A DNA stretch of 64,000 nt from Octopus vulgaris (taxonomy: Eukaryota), in assembly GCA_951406725.2 (NCBI GenBank), contig OX597830.1, positions 76,012,001-76,076,000 on the forward strand. Reading direction: 5' to 3'. The notes beneath the pieces are model-generated. The model was given only the letters and a program-made list of their open reading frames with translations, was not told the DNA's origin and did not search any database. The position numbers were made by a program, and so were the translations under genes. This document shows positions 27,200 through 42,565 of this stretch, in pieces (position 1 is the stretch's first letter; every line of letters starts with the position of its first letter).

Positions 27200-28341
27200 A
27201 TCTATACCAACATCACCATTACAGTAATTACCTATACTACAACCAAGACCTACAAGCACACCAGTATTTTATCACCTCCACCGCCAATACTACTATCATT
27301 GTTAGCTCTACTACAGCCGCTACTACTATCACTATGATACCACTGGCGTTATCCTTACCACCACTTTCACATTCCTCGCTACTACCACCACAACCATCAC
27401 CGCCGCCGCCACTATTACGAACGAACACCATCACAACCTTTGCAACTGTAGTGTCACTACCATAACCACCACCAACAACAACAACACCAACACCAACACC
27501 ACCAACAACACCACCCACATCACCAACAACAATACCACCACCAACACCAACACCAACACTACCACTACCCCCACTACAACTACTACCACCACCACTATCA
27601 ACGCTGCCAGCTCCAATACCATTACAAAGACTACCATCACCACCGTTATTCACACCATTACCTCCAATATCATTGCAACAGCCATCACCACTACCACAGC
27701 CACCACCAACACCGCCACCACCACTAATATCATCGCAACAACCAGCATCACTACCAACCACCACTACTACCACTACCATTACAACCACCACCACTACCAC
27801 CACTACAACCACCACTACTATTACAACCACTACTGCTATCACCGCCGCCGTCGTCACTGCTAACCTGACCCCTGTCATTAAGTAGACACCCCATCAGGGA
27901 TGGAAACTAAGTACTCAATCAAACTCAGAGTGTAAATAGACATCAAACAAGACACTTTCACTTACCCTGCCCACTCCGCGTTATATCCGAGCGCCTCTGT
28001 GTAAAAGCATATGTGTGTACGTTTGTATGCATGTGTGTGGGTATGCATATATTTCTATGTAAATGACTGTATGTGTGTGTGCGTGTTTGTATGTGTAAAT
28101 GTATATGTATGTATATAACTGTATAAATATAAGTATGTGTGTGTGTATGAGGTGATGTGCATGCTTACATCGTTGTGCATATATTTCTATACAAATGATC
28201 GTACGAGTATGTGATTGTGTGTGTGTATGCGTGTCTGTGTGCGTGTGTATGTGTGCGTGTGTCATAATGTATGATTTTATGAATTTGTGTGTCTATCTAT
28301 CTATCTATCTATCTATCTACCTATCTATCTATATCTATCTA

Positions 28342-28377
<36 letters not shown>

Positions 28378-28399
28378 TATAAATATAAATATAAATATA

Positions 28400-28471
<72 letters not shown>

Positions 28472-29330
28472 CCTGTGAGTGTGTTTGTATGTATTTATGT
28501 TTATGTATATATTTGTGTATGCATGCATGTAAATATATCTCTAATTATGTATGTATGTATGCATGTATCTATGCATGCTTATCTGCATTAGTTTGTGTGT
28601 ATATATTTCTGTGAGTTTCTATGCATCTGTGTATGTATCTGTGCGTATGCAAGTATGTGTATGTGCATTTATGGGCGTGCGGTGTGTGTGTGTGTGTGTT
28701 TGTGTATATGTGTGTGTATGTGCGCACCTTTAAGAGAAAGAAGGAGAGATAGAGCAGGAGGGAGGACGGGAGGTATAGAGGGGGTTTGTTGTTAATTAGC
28801 CACCCTTATCCCCTACTCCGTAACCCCCAACCTGACACCGTGTGACCTTATAATATTGAAGAGCGCCAACCCCTTAAGGCAAGACAAAAGTAATAATAAA
28901 TAAATAAATCCTTCCTCCTACCCTTACAACACCACCACCGCCCTTAGTAGGAAAGACAATGACAACAATAAAAACAATAACAACAAACAAGCAAATGAAA
29001 TAAAACAAAAGTTGGTGTGTCCCTTATATCTGTCACCTCATCTATTTTATTTGTCAACATTTTGTCCCTCCTCCCAACTCCATTTGCGGCACTAATCTAG
29101 TCCTGCCCTTCAGGATCTTCAATTGGATCCTTGTGGGCAGGGCCTTGATGAGATTTAAAAAATCCCTTCATAGGGAAGGAACATTTCTCTCTCCCCCCCA
29201 CCCTCCCTTTATATGTGCGTGCATGTGAGAGAGAGAGAGTGTGTGTATGTGTGTGTACGAGTGTGTGTGTATGCGTGATGTCGGTCCTCATATCTGTCTT
29301 ATGTATTTTTCGTTTCTCAATCTATAACTG

Positions 29331-29401
<71 letters not shown>

Positions 29402-29438
29402 GCACAGGCACAAAGGAACATACACACACTCTCACAAA

Positions 29439-29498
<60 letters not shown>

Positions 29499-29802
29499 CA
29501 AGGTTTCTTCTATTAACTCTCTCTTAGTATATAATGTATATTCATATATTCATACATACATGCATATATATTTCTGAGTTCATGTGTGTGTGTGTGTGCG
29601 CGACCAATGATGTACAATGCATATATATATATATATATATAGGCATGCATGTATATATAATGTCTTTAAGCATGCAATACGTACATAATATATGTATAAT
29701 TGCATGCATACAAACAATTGCACATATGTTCATGCATACAAAAGCATATACACACACATAGGGCATGCAAAACTTTACATGTGTATATATCTATGTATGT
29801 AT

Positions 29803-29853
<51 letters not shown>

Positions 29854-30376
29854 AAGTCCGTCTGATTGGAGATATAGACAATGGTCCAACCAACCAGTCA
29901 TTTAGCCATCGAGGAAACCTACTGGTTGTTCAAGATTAATGACGTGATGCATCATGGGAAATGAGCTGAAAGTGACGGGTGGACGGACGGACGGACGGGC
30001 GGGCGGGCGGGTGGGTGTTGCCTTGCCGTTCTGCGTTGGGTGAATGTCAACTTCATCGCTGGTCAGTGTCATCTTCGCCAACCCCCTGTAACACCGCAAT
30101 ATTCCTTCCACCGTCACAAACGCCACGCCACGCCACGCCGCTCCCCCGCCCTTAACGTCACCATTGATGTCATTAACGCCCAATGGAACCGGCATTAGTG
30201 TCGGAGGGATGAATCGAAACCCCACCTCCCGTTGCATATATAAACTCACTCGGACATATTCGCTTACGCATGCATTCGCTCACACACATACATGCATACA
30301 AGCATGTTGCAACGTACACCACCACCACCACTACCACCACCATGATCATATCATTATGACCACAACCACCACCACC

Positions 30377-30408
<32 letters not shown>

Positions 30409-30858
30409 CAACCGATGCCATCATCGTAATACGAACGCATGTCATTGAGAGTGTCAATTTTGCCACAGCATCCACACCACTACTCATTATCCATCCCACC
30501 CCAGTATCATCATTAATATCACTACCACCACCACCACCACCACTATCACCACCAACATTAAAACAACTACCACCACCGCCAACACTACTACTACAACAAC
30601 AACTACTACTACTACCACAACCACCAAGACCACCAACACTACTACTACAACTACTACAACTACTACCACCACCAACACTACTACTACAACTACTACTACT
30701 ACCGCCACCAGCACTACTACTACTACCACCACCAGCACTACTACTACTACCACCATTACCACCACCACCACCAGCAACAACAACAACAACACTACTACTA
30801 CCAACACCATCACCACCACCAACACTACTACTACTAATACCACCATCACCACCATCAA

Positions 30859-30903
<45 letters not shown>

Positions 30904-31153
30904 GACCAACAACAACAACAACACCAACACCACTACCACTGAAGCTGTCTTTCTCTCTACACACATACAATCACTCAGAGTGCGAGAAATAGTAGTTGAA
31001 TCTTCCTTAATTTACCTCGCCTCTCTTGCTTCAATGATATGCAAACCATAAGGGACTTTCACGATTGGTTTGCCTTTGATCACAGGCTCTGCTCAAATAG
31101 GGTCTCAAACAACAGTGTATGTAACACGAACAACTGCAGCTAACTCCATTATT

Positions 31154-31275
<122 letters not shown>

Positions 31276-31550
31276 GCCAGCCTGTCTGTCTATCTATGTA
31301 TTTGTCTGTCTGTGGGTCTGTTTATTTATTTGTTTCTCGGGCAATCTATCCATCTATCTATTTCTGTCTGTCTCTCTATTTATCTATCTACCTGTACTTA
31401 TAGTAGTATGTTGTACAAGGGATATGTTAAGTTTCACTTTAGATAGGATATAAGGTGCCTGAGATTTTGCTGCTGTTTGTAGCATATCGATCAGTTGTGT
31501 AGATTACGCACATTAGAAAGACAGAGACAGACTGACAGATAGAGAGTTAC

Positions 31551-31585
<35 letters not shown>

Positions 31586-31732
31586 CAGCTGAACATACCA
31601 CTACACTTGAGTTGAAGCAATGATTGCATTGTTCAATTAAATGGACTCGCTTGAAACGGTCGTACAGCATTACTACTTGATATTCTGTTGCTTATATTGA
31701 TTATATATATCTACGAAGTAAAATATACGAAG

Positions 31733-32464
<732 letters not shown>

Positions 32465-32489
32465 CATTAGCATTGAAAGGGCAACGATT

Positions 32490-33075
32490 AAATAAAAGGG
32501 GTCGATAAAAATAAGCACCGGTTGGACACTGGGGGTCATTCTTATCGACTTACCCCTTCCCCCGATCTTGCTGGTCTTGTGCCAAATATTTGAAATCATT
32601 ATTAAAAATTATTAAGGTAGCAAGGTGACAGAAACGTTACCGTGCCGGACAAAAAAAACCAGTGACATTTCTTCCGGCTTTCCATTCTAATTTCAAATTC
32701 CGCTGGTGTCGATTTGCTTTTCATCGTTTCGGGGTCGATATAAAAAAAAAGGCATCATCCAGGTACGGGATCAATACAATCGACTGGCAGCCTTCCTCCT
32801 TATAATTACTGGCCTAGTGCCGAAATTTGATGCAATTATTAGGATTCATTCTTTTTGCGGGTCGGAGAAAATGTTTTGTGACATTTCGTCCGTCATTTTA
32901 CGTTCTGAGTTCACATTCTGCCGGGATCAACTTTGCTTTTAATTTTTTCGGTTGTTGATAAAAAATAAAGTACCGTTCAAGTCCTGGGGCGGGGGTGGGA
33001 GTGAAGCGGAGAGGGCAGTCGATGTAAAGAAAAAAAGAAAAAAAAGTGCAGGCCTTGAGACAAAATTTGCAAAAC
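32490..33075 (+). mobile_element. Degenerate SINE A cluster
   Basis: Three diverged ggggtcgataa..accag..ctgggg units. Confidence 0.65.
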
Positions 33076-33094
33076 AATTATTATTACCATTGTA

Positions 33095-33141
<47 letters not shown>

Positions 33142-35150
33142 GATGATGATGATGATGACGATAACGACGATTATGACGATCATTGACGATGACGATGACG
33201 ACGACGACGAAAAGGTCGACGACGATGGCGAGGACGACGACACAATGAGGATGATGATGATGATAGTGGTGATGATGACAATGATGGTGTCGGCGGTAGT
33301 GGCGGTGGTAGCGGTCGGTGGTGCTAGCGGAGGCGGGGGCGGCTGCTGCTGCGGTGATGGTCACGATGACGGTGGTGGCGGCATGTGTAAGACGCTGTGA
33401 TTGCCAGCCGCAAAGCATCGGTTAGGTGGAAGATAATGAGATGAGGTAGGTATGGTATACTGCCTTGTGGAGAGATGCGTAATGCAGCGCGCTGCCGTGC
33501 AGCATGGCGCACTGTGTGTGGCGCACTATGGCACAGTGTGGTGCAGTATGGCACAATGTGTGTGTGTGAGTGTGTATGATGGTGATTTGGGTTGGCGTGG
33601 TATGTATGAGGTGTGAGGAATGATGGGAGGTGTAGGAAATTGTCTGACAAGATTTACGTCTTCCGTTGCACAAGGTTTTGCGTGTGTCAGTCATAGAACA
33701 GCAGGAAAAGGGTTGAGAGTCGGGTGGAAGGGCGGGTGGATATGATAGAAGAATATGAAAAAAAAAGTAGAAAAGAAGGAGGAGAAGGAGGAGGAGGAAT
33801 AAGCAAAATGAAGGTGTCCGTAACGGTTTTGGATTTGGTTGTTTGTGATGATGTTGATGTTGATGGAGATGAGGATGGTGGTGATGACGATAGTACTGGT
33901 GGTGTTGATGATGATGTTGTTGTTACACGTGATGATGATGGTGGTGGGGTTGGGGGGTTGGGGTGATGCTGATGGTGGTGGTGTTGGTGATATTGGTAGT
34001 GGTGCTGCTTGCAGTGATGGCGGTTGTTATAGTGATGATGTTTGCAATGTTGGTGTTGGAGTTGGTGTTGTTAACGATGTAGGTGGTGGCGGTAGTTCTG
34101 ATTATGAGTGGCAATGATGTTTGTAGTTGTTGTTGTGGTGGTGGTGGTCGTCGTCGTCGTAGTCATGCTCATCATCGTCATTGTGATGGTGGTGATGTTG
34201 ATAGTGGTATTGGTGGTAGTGGTGGTGGTGGTGGTAGTGGTGGTAGTGGTGGTAGCGGTGATTGTATGGCCTTCGGCGCTGGTTCTAATCGGGAGGCGGT
34301 ACCAGTGATAATGACGCTGACGCTTGTTGTGTTGGTGATGGCGGTGGTGGTGGTGGTGGTGGTGGTAAATATGACGGGTGTGGCAAGGTGGAAGACAGAA
34401 GTGGATGGAGTTCGATGTCATTGAATGCATAAATAGAGAACAGGGATTACTTTAGGAGGAGGCTAGTAGTGGGGGTGGGTGGGAGTGGGCTGGCTGGATA
34501 GTGATGTAAAGGTAGAGGAGGGTGGGGGACGAGAAGAAACATGAAGATTGGGGGAAGAGAGATGAAGAGCAGCAGGAATAAGTCTTAGAAAAACATGCAG
34601 GGATTGAATAAATTGAGAAATATTTCTCTTTTACTCTCTGAAGGAAGGACGGAAGGGAGAAAGGAAGGAAGGAAGTAAAATGAAAGTGAAAGTGAAAGTA
34701 ACGGGACGTGAGGACGTGAAGAAGGCGGAGATAGTTAGAAGAGAGAGAGTAAATCGCGTGTGAATAAGAGAGTGAGTGAGTGATAAGGAACCATGAAGAG
34801 GGTAAAGTAGATGGTGGGATCGTGAAGCAAGAGAAAAGGAGAGAGAAAGAGAATAAGAGAGAAGGAGAGAGAGAGTAAGAGAGAAGGAGAGAGAGAGTGA
34901 GTGAAAGAGAGAAAGGGGTGTCATCTAATAGGTTTAATAGATATTAACGGGACATTGAATGAATGGGCGTGGGTTTTTGTAATAGATACGCAGAGAGATG
35001 TAGGTAAGATCGTGGGTGTCTAGATGAACGTGAACGCGTTTGTGTGTGCGTGTGTGTATATATGTGTGTGTGTGTGTGTGTGTGCGTGCGTGTGTATATC
35101 TATCTATCTATCGATCTATCTATCTATCCATTCATCCATCCATCTATCTA

Positions 35151-35211
<61 letters not shown>

Positions 35212-35440
35212 GTTTGTCTGTCTGTATGTATGTATGTATGTATGTATGTATGTATACACACACATATGCATCCATATATGTAGATCTATTTATTTATATT
35301 TACATAGAGAGAAAAAGAGAGAAAGATTTGTTCATAGATAGATAGATAGATAGATAGAACATAAAAATGGTACATGCATACATAATTGTATTTATACATG
35401 TGTACAGTACGATATACAAAACATAAATATATGCTTTCAT

Positions 35441-35472
<32 letters not shown>

Positions 35473-36169
35473 ACACACACACACACATAACGACATCCAT
35501 GCACAAAAGCAAAGATGCATACATGTATGCATGGATTCACGTGCGTTTATCTCAGAGCCTTCATACGTTGTTTACGAATACAGAGAGAGAGAGAGAGGGA
35601 TGGGGAGATAGATTGAGGGAAAGGAGGAGAGTAAGAGTAGAGGGAAAGTGCATGAACTAAACGTAAAATGTTTGTGATTAGAAACGAGGGACAGTGTGAG
35701 GTTGTCAAAAAGTCTTAGAGGGGGAGTGAATGTTACTCCCTCTCCCTCTCTTTCTATGTCTCTCCTCTCAACTTCTCCATGGATGTTTGACCGAGAGAGA
35801 GAGAGAGAGACAGACAGAGAGACAGAGAGAGAGACAGAGAGACAGACACAAACTGTAATTATCAGAAAGTGTCAGTTTGATGAGAGAACGCAAGTCACTT
35901 TCTCCGTCTCCCTTCTACTGTCTCCCCTTTCTCCTTTTCTCTCTCTCTCTGTCACTCTCTCCCTATCTCTCCCTCTCCGTTTCTCTCTTTGTCTTTCTGT
36001 CTCCCTCTGCCTCTCTGTCTCTCTCTGTCTCTGTATGCCTCCCCCCTCTCTCTCTCTCACTCACTACGTGTGTGCCTAATATTATTACAGTGACGGTAGT
36101 CACTGTTATACGCTTTCTATATCTCTCTTTATCTCCTTCTCTCTCTGTCTCACTCTCCCTCTCCCCTTT

Positions 36170-36375
36170 TTCTCTCTCTTTTCCTTCTCTCTTTCGCTTC
36201 TTCTCTTCTCTCCCCTTTCTCTCACTCTCTTTCCCTTCTCTCTTTCGCCTCTTCTCTTCTCTCCCCTTTCTCTCGCTCTCTTTCCCTTCTCTCTTTCGCT
36301 TCTTCTCTTCTCTCCTCTTTCTCTCACTCTCTTTCCCTTCTCTCTTTCGCTTCTTCTCTTCTCTCCCCCTTTTTT
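36170..36375. repeat. 51-bp pyrimidine-rich minisatellite, 4 copies
   Basis: ctctctttcccttctctctttcgcttcttctcttctctcccctttctctca-like unit. Confidence 0.85.
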
Positions 36376-37041
36376 TTCCATATCCTTCTCCCTCCCTTCG
36401 CGCTCTCTCATCTTTCTTTTCGCTCTCTCGCTCTCTATTTTCCCGCCTTCCTCTCCTCTTCTCCTCTCTCTCCCTTTCACTCTCCCTGTGGTGCATCCGT
36501 CTGCGCGAATCTTCAGTTGGTGGTGGTGGTGGTGGGGGCAGCTAGATTGGATGCACACACGAGCAAAAGTAATGGGGGACAGGGGATGGTAGGCGAAGTA
36601 CGGACAGTTGGATGTAATGAGAAAATATGTCTTTACAAGTGTGTATACCAATAGATTATAACAGATATACAAAAAAACCCAGAATACATACATAAAATGT
36701 GTGTGTATGCGCATGGGTATATATATATATATATATATATGTTTAAATATGCAAATACACACAAGAATGCGTGTACGCTCGCACACAGAAGGAGAAGCAC
36801 ATAGGATTACAAAAACCTAAATATATAAACAAATGGAATACTTTTTCTGTTTTACAAAGTTGTAAACGAAATGCAGCCCCGAGTCGTATATAAATATAAA
36901 AAATAAAGTATTCTAGTGTAACAATAATCAACAAATCAAGAAAAAAAGAAAAAGAAAAGAACTGTGTAGGACAAGAAGAGATAACAAGAAACAATAACAA
37001 AATACAAAACTGAAGTGTATAACATGCATATGTATATATGA

Positions 37042-37131
<90 letters not shown>

Positions 37132-37185
37132 CACTAGAAGAGAATGCCTCTCTCCAGACACAATAATATATATACACAATATGTA

Positions 37186-37222
<37 letters not shown>

Positions 37223-37547
37223 TTATTTATGTGTGTGTGTGTCTATGTGTGTTGTGTGTGTGTTGTGTGTGCGTATGTTCGTGCGTATATATGTATATAT
37301 TACATTATATTATATATTATACTATATTGTTATACACACATACTCATACTTAATATATACACATATGCATACAAGCGCACATAGACACATATGAATATAT
37401 GTATGTATAATATATGTCTGATATATATATTTATAATATGATATATACATATATATGTATATATATATCCAGACAAACATACATTTATACATGTACATAT
37501 ATATATATATACATATACATATATATATATACAAATATGTATGTATG

Positions 37548-37606
<59 letters not shown>

Positions 37607-38128
37607 TTATGTATTGTATTTTAAATCAGGCTTGCAGAAGGTGGTTAAGTGGACGGTAAGAACACTAACGGCTGAGAAGTTCCATTTCTCAGACATTACC
37701 ATATTATTCACAAGACAGCGTATGATTTTTCCTTTGCCAGTTAGGCATCGACTTTATATCTTGCAGATGCCACCCGTCCTCTTCATTTTCCCCCTACACA
37801 CTCTCTCTCTCTCTCTATTTCCTATCTCCATTCTCTTCCTTACTCACGATCCCCCATTCTCTCTCTTACACACACACAAACACACACCTATACGCATACA
37901 CACGCACTACATTTGTGTCTCTTTCTGTGATTGAATATAATTTTTCAAATGTTACAGGCGCCAAACTTAGAAGGCAATATGTCGCTCTCAGTTTCGCTCG
38001 TTCTATATGTGTAGTATTCGTTGAATATATTAATGTGCCTACATATGTATCTAAATATCCTGTTAGCTATTTAGCTTGAATAGTTTAATATGTAAGTAGC
38101 CATCAAGCTGCGTTTGTGTAACTATCTG

Positions 38129-38174
<46 letters not shown>

Positions 38175-38319
38175 CAACTATCTATCTATCTATATATCTA
38201 TCTATCTATCTATCAAACAAATATATGTAACTATAAATATATGTAACTATAAATATGCCCGTGTGTTTATGCATGAACATACACACACATACGTGTGTGT
38301 GTGTGTGTGTGTGTGTGTA

Positions 38320-39241
38320 TAAATTAACAGAATGAGATAAAAATCGAAGGCTGTGAAAGATTTCAGAACAGTGATAAAGAGAATGTCTTACAGCTGTTTC
38401 TGGGAAAAATTTATATATCCCTTCGTCGGAGACGGTGTGAGAAAATGGTTAAGCAATAGTTACTCTAGATAATATGAAATAGAAATATAATAACTGAAGT
38501 AGGCAGCGGTTTAGCAATGTACTCCCGAAAAGAAAAACTAGAATTGTCATCCAATATCGCTGGGGGCGTTAGAAGACCTACGATGCTAGAAATAAGAGTT
38601 AAAGCGTTCTGATGCTGCAGTCAACGAACATAATAGTATATGTATATACACAGAGATAGCGAACGTAAGCGGCGGAAAGTAGCAGTCGAGATATTCCTAT
38701 ACTGTCGGACAGTTTCGGCTTTAACACCGGAGCCTCAGCAGTAGGATCGGCACGACTCGCCAGATTCCGGACGAGATCGACCCCAGTATATAAGTCTACA
38801 TCATAGAACACTATGGATGATCTTGGGAAACGCCAAAGTGTATACAATTAATTTACGTAGGCAGCGGTTTAGTAATATATCATCAAAAAGGAGATCTAGA
38901 ATTGTCATTAAATATGACTGTGGGTGTTAGGAAACCTACGATGCTAGAAATAAGAGCTAAAGCTCTCTGATGCTGCAGTCAATGTATATAATTGTACACA
39001 CACATACTGACACCGACCGTAAGCGGCCGAAAGCAGCAGTCGGGATATAAACAAGCTAATGTATGTTTTTCATAAGCATTGAAATGTCCCCTGTAAGATA
39101 CAAATAAGATGATGGTTTATTTTCACACGCGGATGGTAAACGAAGTATGAACAGTTGGATATAATAAGAAAATAAGTCTTTACAAGTGTGTATGCCAATA
39201 GATTATAACAGATACATAAAAAAAAGGAATACATACATAAA

Positions 39242-39245
<4 letters not shown>
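38320..39245 (-). mobile_element. Family H2 element with hammerhead at 38385-38433 and an internal ~195-bp direct repeat
   Basis: GUCU CCGACGA A GGGA..UCCC a GAAA CAGCUG UA AGAC; homologous to 51781-51930 and 63255-63381; end shared with 36585-36705. Confidence 0.72.
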
Positions 39246-39276
<31 letters not shown>

Positions 39277-39298
39277 CGTGTGAGTGTATATATATACA

Positions 39299-39468
39299 TA
39301 GGGGGAGTTTACGAAAAAAACAAAAGATGAAGACAGGTGGTGTATAAAAGAAACAGATGTATTAGTATAACGCTCAGGAATAGAAAAAGTATTTTACGTT
39401 TCGAGCCTACGCTCTTCTACAGATAGGGACACAGAAAAGAAAACAAGGAGAGAAAAAAAGGAGAGAAT
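39299..39468 (-). mobile_element. Family H3 element (hammerhead variant at 39391-39426)
   Basis: CUGUAGA A GAGC guag GCUC GAAA CG UA. Confidence 0.72.
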
Positions 39469-39820
39469 ATATGTATATACACACACAATTAAATATTGGG
39501 TAAATTGCCCTAAAAAAGTGGGGAAATTCACCAACAAACAGCCATGGGAGTATTTCTATAGTGTTCTAGCATTCGATCAGTAGCTGAATACCATCTTGGA
39601 ATATCCGTTGAGTCACCACTAGAGTTAGCAGATCGAATACACCAGTTAGGGAAAATAATTTTTTTGCTATCTCCATCAAGTAATTGTTTACAAAGACAGT
39701 ATTTTAACATCGGTCTATTACAAAAAGGATTAGTTAAGGTTTAAAGGTTATGTTCTGTAATAGAGTATAACATTAAGAAAACAGAAAGCTATTAGCAAAA
39801 TACTCCTACAGAGGGTAAAT

Positions 39821-39908
39821 AAAAGGGATCAGCAGCCGGTACGGAGAATCGAATCCTAGATCTCCCAAATTCTGGTTGAGGGGTATGTACCATGGAGCTA
39901 AACGACCC
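39821..39908 (-). ncRNA. Pol III small-RNA-like unit with a vault-RNA-like panhandle
   Basis: GGGUCG..box A (UAGCUCCAUGG)..box B (GAUUCGAUUC)..GUACC GGCU gc UGAUCCC UUUU. Confidence 0.5.
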
Positions 39909-40001
39909 TTAAGAACAGATTTTGTCTTTAATAATGCTAAATATTAGCTTTCCAAATGTGAGAACACCTTTTTTCAAATAAACATGCATTGAACCAAAGT
40001 G

Positions 40002-40094
40002 GGGTCGCTTAACTCAATGGTAACAAACACCCAGCCGTAATTTGAGCGGTACAGTGTTCGAATCACTGTAGGGTCTTCTGGCCCACTATCTTTT
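40002..40094 (+). ncRNA. Second, divergently oriented Pol III small-RNA-like unit
   Basis: GGGUCG..UAACUCAAUGG..UACAGUG UUCGAAU CACUGUA..UGGCCC, then a TTTT run at 40091-40094. Confidence 0.5.
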
Positions 40095-40161
40095 CTCGTC
40101 TACAAGGGTATATTACTAGATTTTTTGCTTATTTTAAATTATACATATATATATATGTATG

Positions 40162-40358
<197 letters not shown>

Positions 40359-40369
40359 TATATATATAT

Positions 40370-40453
<84 letters not shown>

Positions 40454-40789
40454 ACACTCTCGGACTTATTTTCAATTACCTTATTGTAAGTGACCGCATG
40501 TAGCCTCTCTCACATTCTGTTAGCCCCTGGAATATATGTATGTGTGTGCATGTGTGTACACGTGTGTACGCGTCTCTACACCACACACACACACACACAC
40601 ACACGTAATCATTTTCTTGGATCCCCTCAAAACAATAGAAATAAATAACACGTCCGAAAATTTGTTTGCCAAAGTAACCCCTTTTTAAATATCAGTATCA
40701 TTGGTTTTCTTAGTTCCCTCTTTTCGTGAATCCCACCCCGTGCCTTTAGTTCAGCGAAAATGAAATCTCGGCGAAATCTGGGATTTCTA

Positions 40790-41035
40790 ATGCCCAGTGA
40801 AGCACGTCTTCATGCTAATATTGGTTAACTGGCAGAGACCTTCTGCCAACTGACAGAACGGATTCGTGGACCATTTATAACAAGCGACGAGGGAATGAAT
40901 CATCTCTGTATCTGCTCCTAAAATAGCTTACTCTCAAACAGATGCACTCTTGCTCTCCATCTGTGGCCTCTCTTTATAATGCCAAGCTCATCATCGAACT
41001 GGAAGGGATCCAGTGGATGAATACCCACCAAGAAT
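40790..41035 (+). mobile_element. Old CR1/L2-like LINE fragment
   Basis: CSPSVASLYNAKLIIELEGIQ resembles the CR1 YCSxxWSP..LEaIQR motif. Confidence 0.5.
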
Positions 41036-41569
41036 ATTGCTTTTCGCCTCATCTCCATTACTCTCCGTTCTGCTCCTTTTCTCCCTTCTCTCTCCATTTC
41101 CTCTCCCTTTCCTTCTGCTCGCCCGTTCCCGCCTTTTCTCTTTTTGCCGCCACCACCCGAAATCCTAGATTACGCTAAGCATGTGTGCATAGATGAGTAT
41201 AATTCGGTGTATCTGCGAATGTATGTACTTATATATGTATGTATGTATGTGTGGGGGGATGTATGTATGTATCAATGTATGTGTGGAAGAATGGATGGAT
41301 GTATGTATGTGTGGAGGGATGTATGTATGTATGTATGTATGTATGTGTGTATGAATTAATTTATACTTACATATATTCGCACGCAATTATGTAGAAATAC
41401 ATCAGGTTACATAAAATATATATACATGTTTGTGTGTGTATACATATATACACACATTAATAAATATATAAATATATATAAATAGATAGGTAGATAGGTA
41501 GATAGATAGATAGATACATACATACATACATAAATAGATACATGCCTACATATAGATATAAATTCAGAC

Positions 41570-41625
<56 letters not shown>

Positions 41626-41691
41626 ATACACACAGAGACATACACACACACACACACGCACACACATACACACTCACACACATATATATAT

Positions 41692-41741
<50 letters not shown>

Positions 41742-41883
41742 TGAGAGAGGTGAGAGAGATTGAGAGAGGTGAGAGAGAAACAAAGAGGGGGAGGTATACA
41801 CAGAGGGAATAAATGGGAAACTAGATCGAGAGATGTATATGAATGTATTTCTTATATACATATTGTAGCTACGCAACAAATAA

Positions 41884-41931
<48 letters not shown>

Positions 41932-42082
41932 GCGCGAACACACATGCACGCACATACACATATGTATGCATGCAATATGAATGTGTCCATTTGTTTCTAA
42001 ATCTTTCTTACTCTCCCCTCTCTCCTCTCTCTCCCTCTCCCTCTCACTCTGTTACTCTCCCCCCATCTCTCTCTCTCTCTCC

Positions 42083-42116
<34 letters not shown>

Positions 42117-42565
42117 GTTCTCTAATTCTGTCTCTGTTCAATTTGTTTCTCTGCCAATGCACTTAAAGAATGTCTGAAACCATTATAGCCACTAAAAGCT
42201 ATTCCCTTAAGTACAGAAGAAATAGATAACCAATAATTTCCTTCTGGATAATTTTAGACCTATTGGCACCAAACTTTGGCACATTTGACCCTCTTCCGCC
42301 ATCACATCCATTTTCTTGGATACCACATTGCTTGAGTACCATCTTTACCAACGAAGATCTTGCTTTCTGTTTCATTGTTATTCTACAGAATATTAAATGA
42401 ACCACAATTTATATGCAATGGTATAGGGGACACTTCTATGAAACATTAGAATATTATAAAGTTTTGTGGAATACGAGACGAGCAACAGCAACAATAACTG
42501 CATAAACAACAACATTTGTTTCTAATATTGGCACGAAGCCTAGAATTTGATGGAAGAACCAAGCC

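Noticed and set aside
33442-33467. let-7 seed TGAGGTAG in a small hairpin
   Set aside because: Only an 8-bp stem; the rest does not match let-7 and cannot form a pre-miRNA.
37630-37655. 26-nt segment between AG and GTAAGA
   Set aside because: Splice-like motifs alone are expected by chance; no other support.
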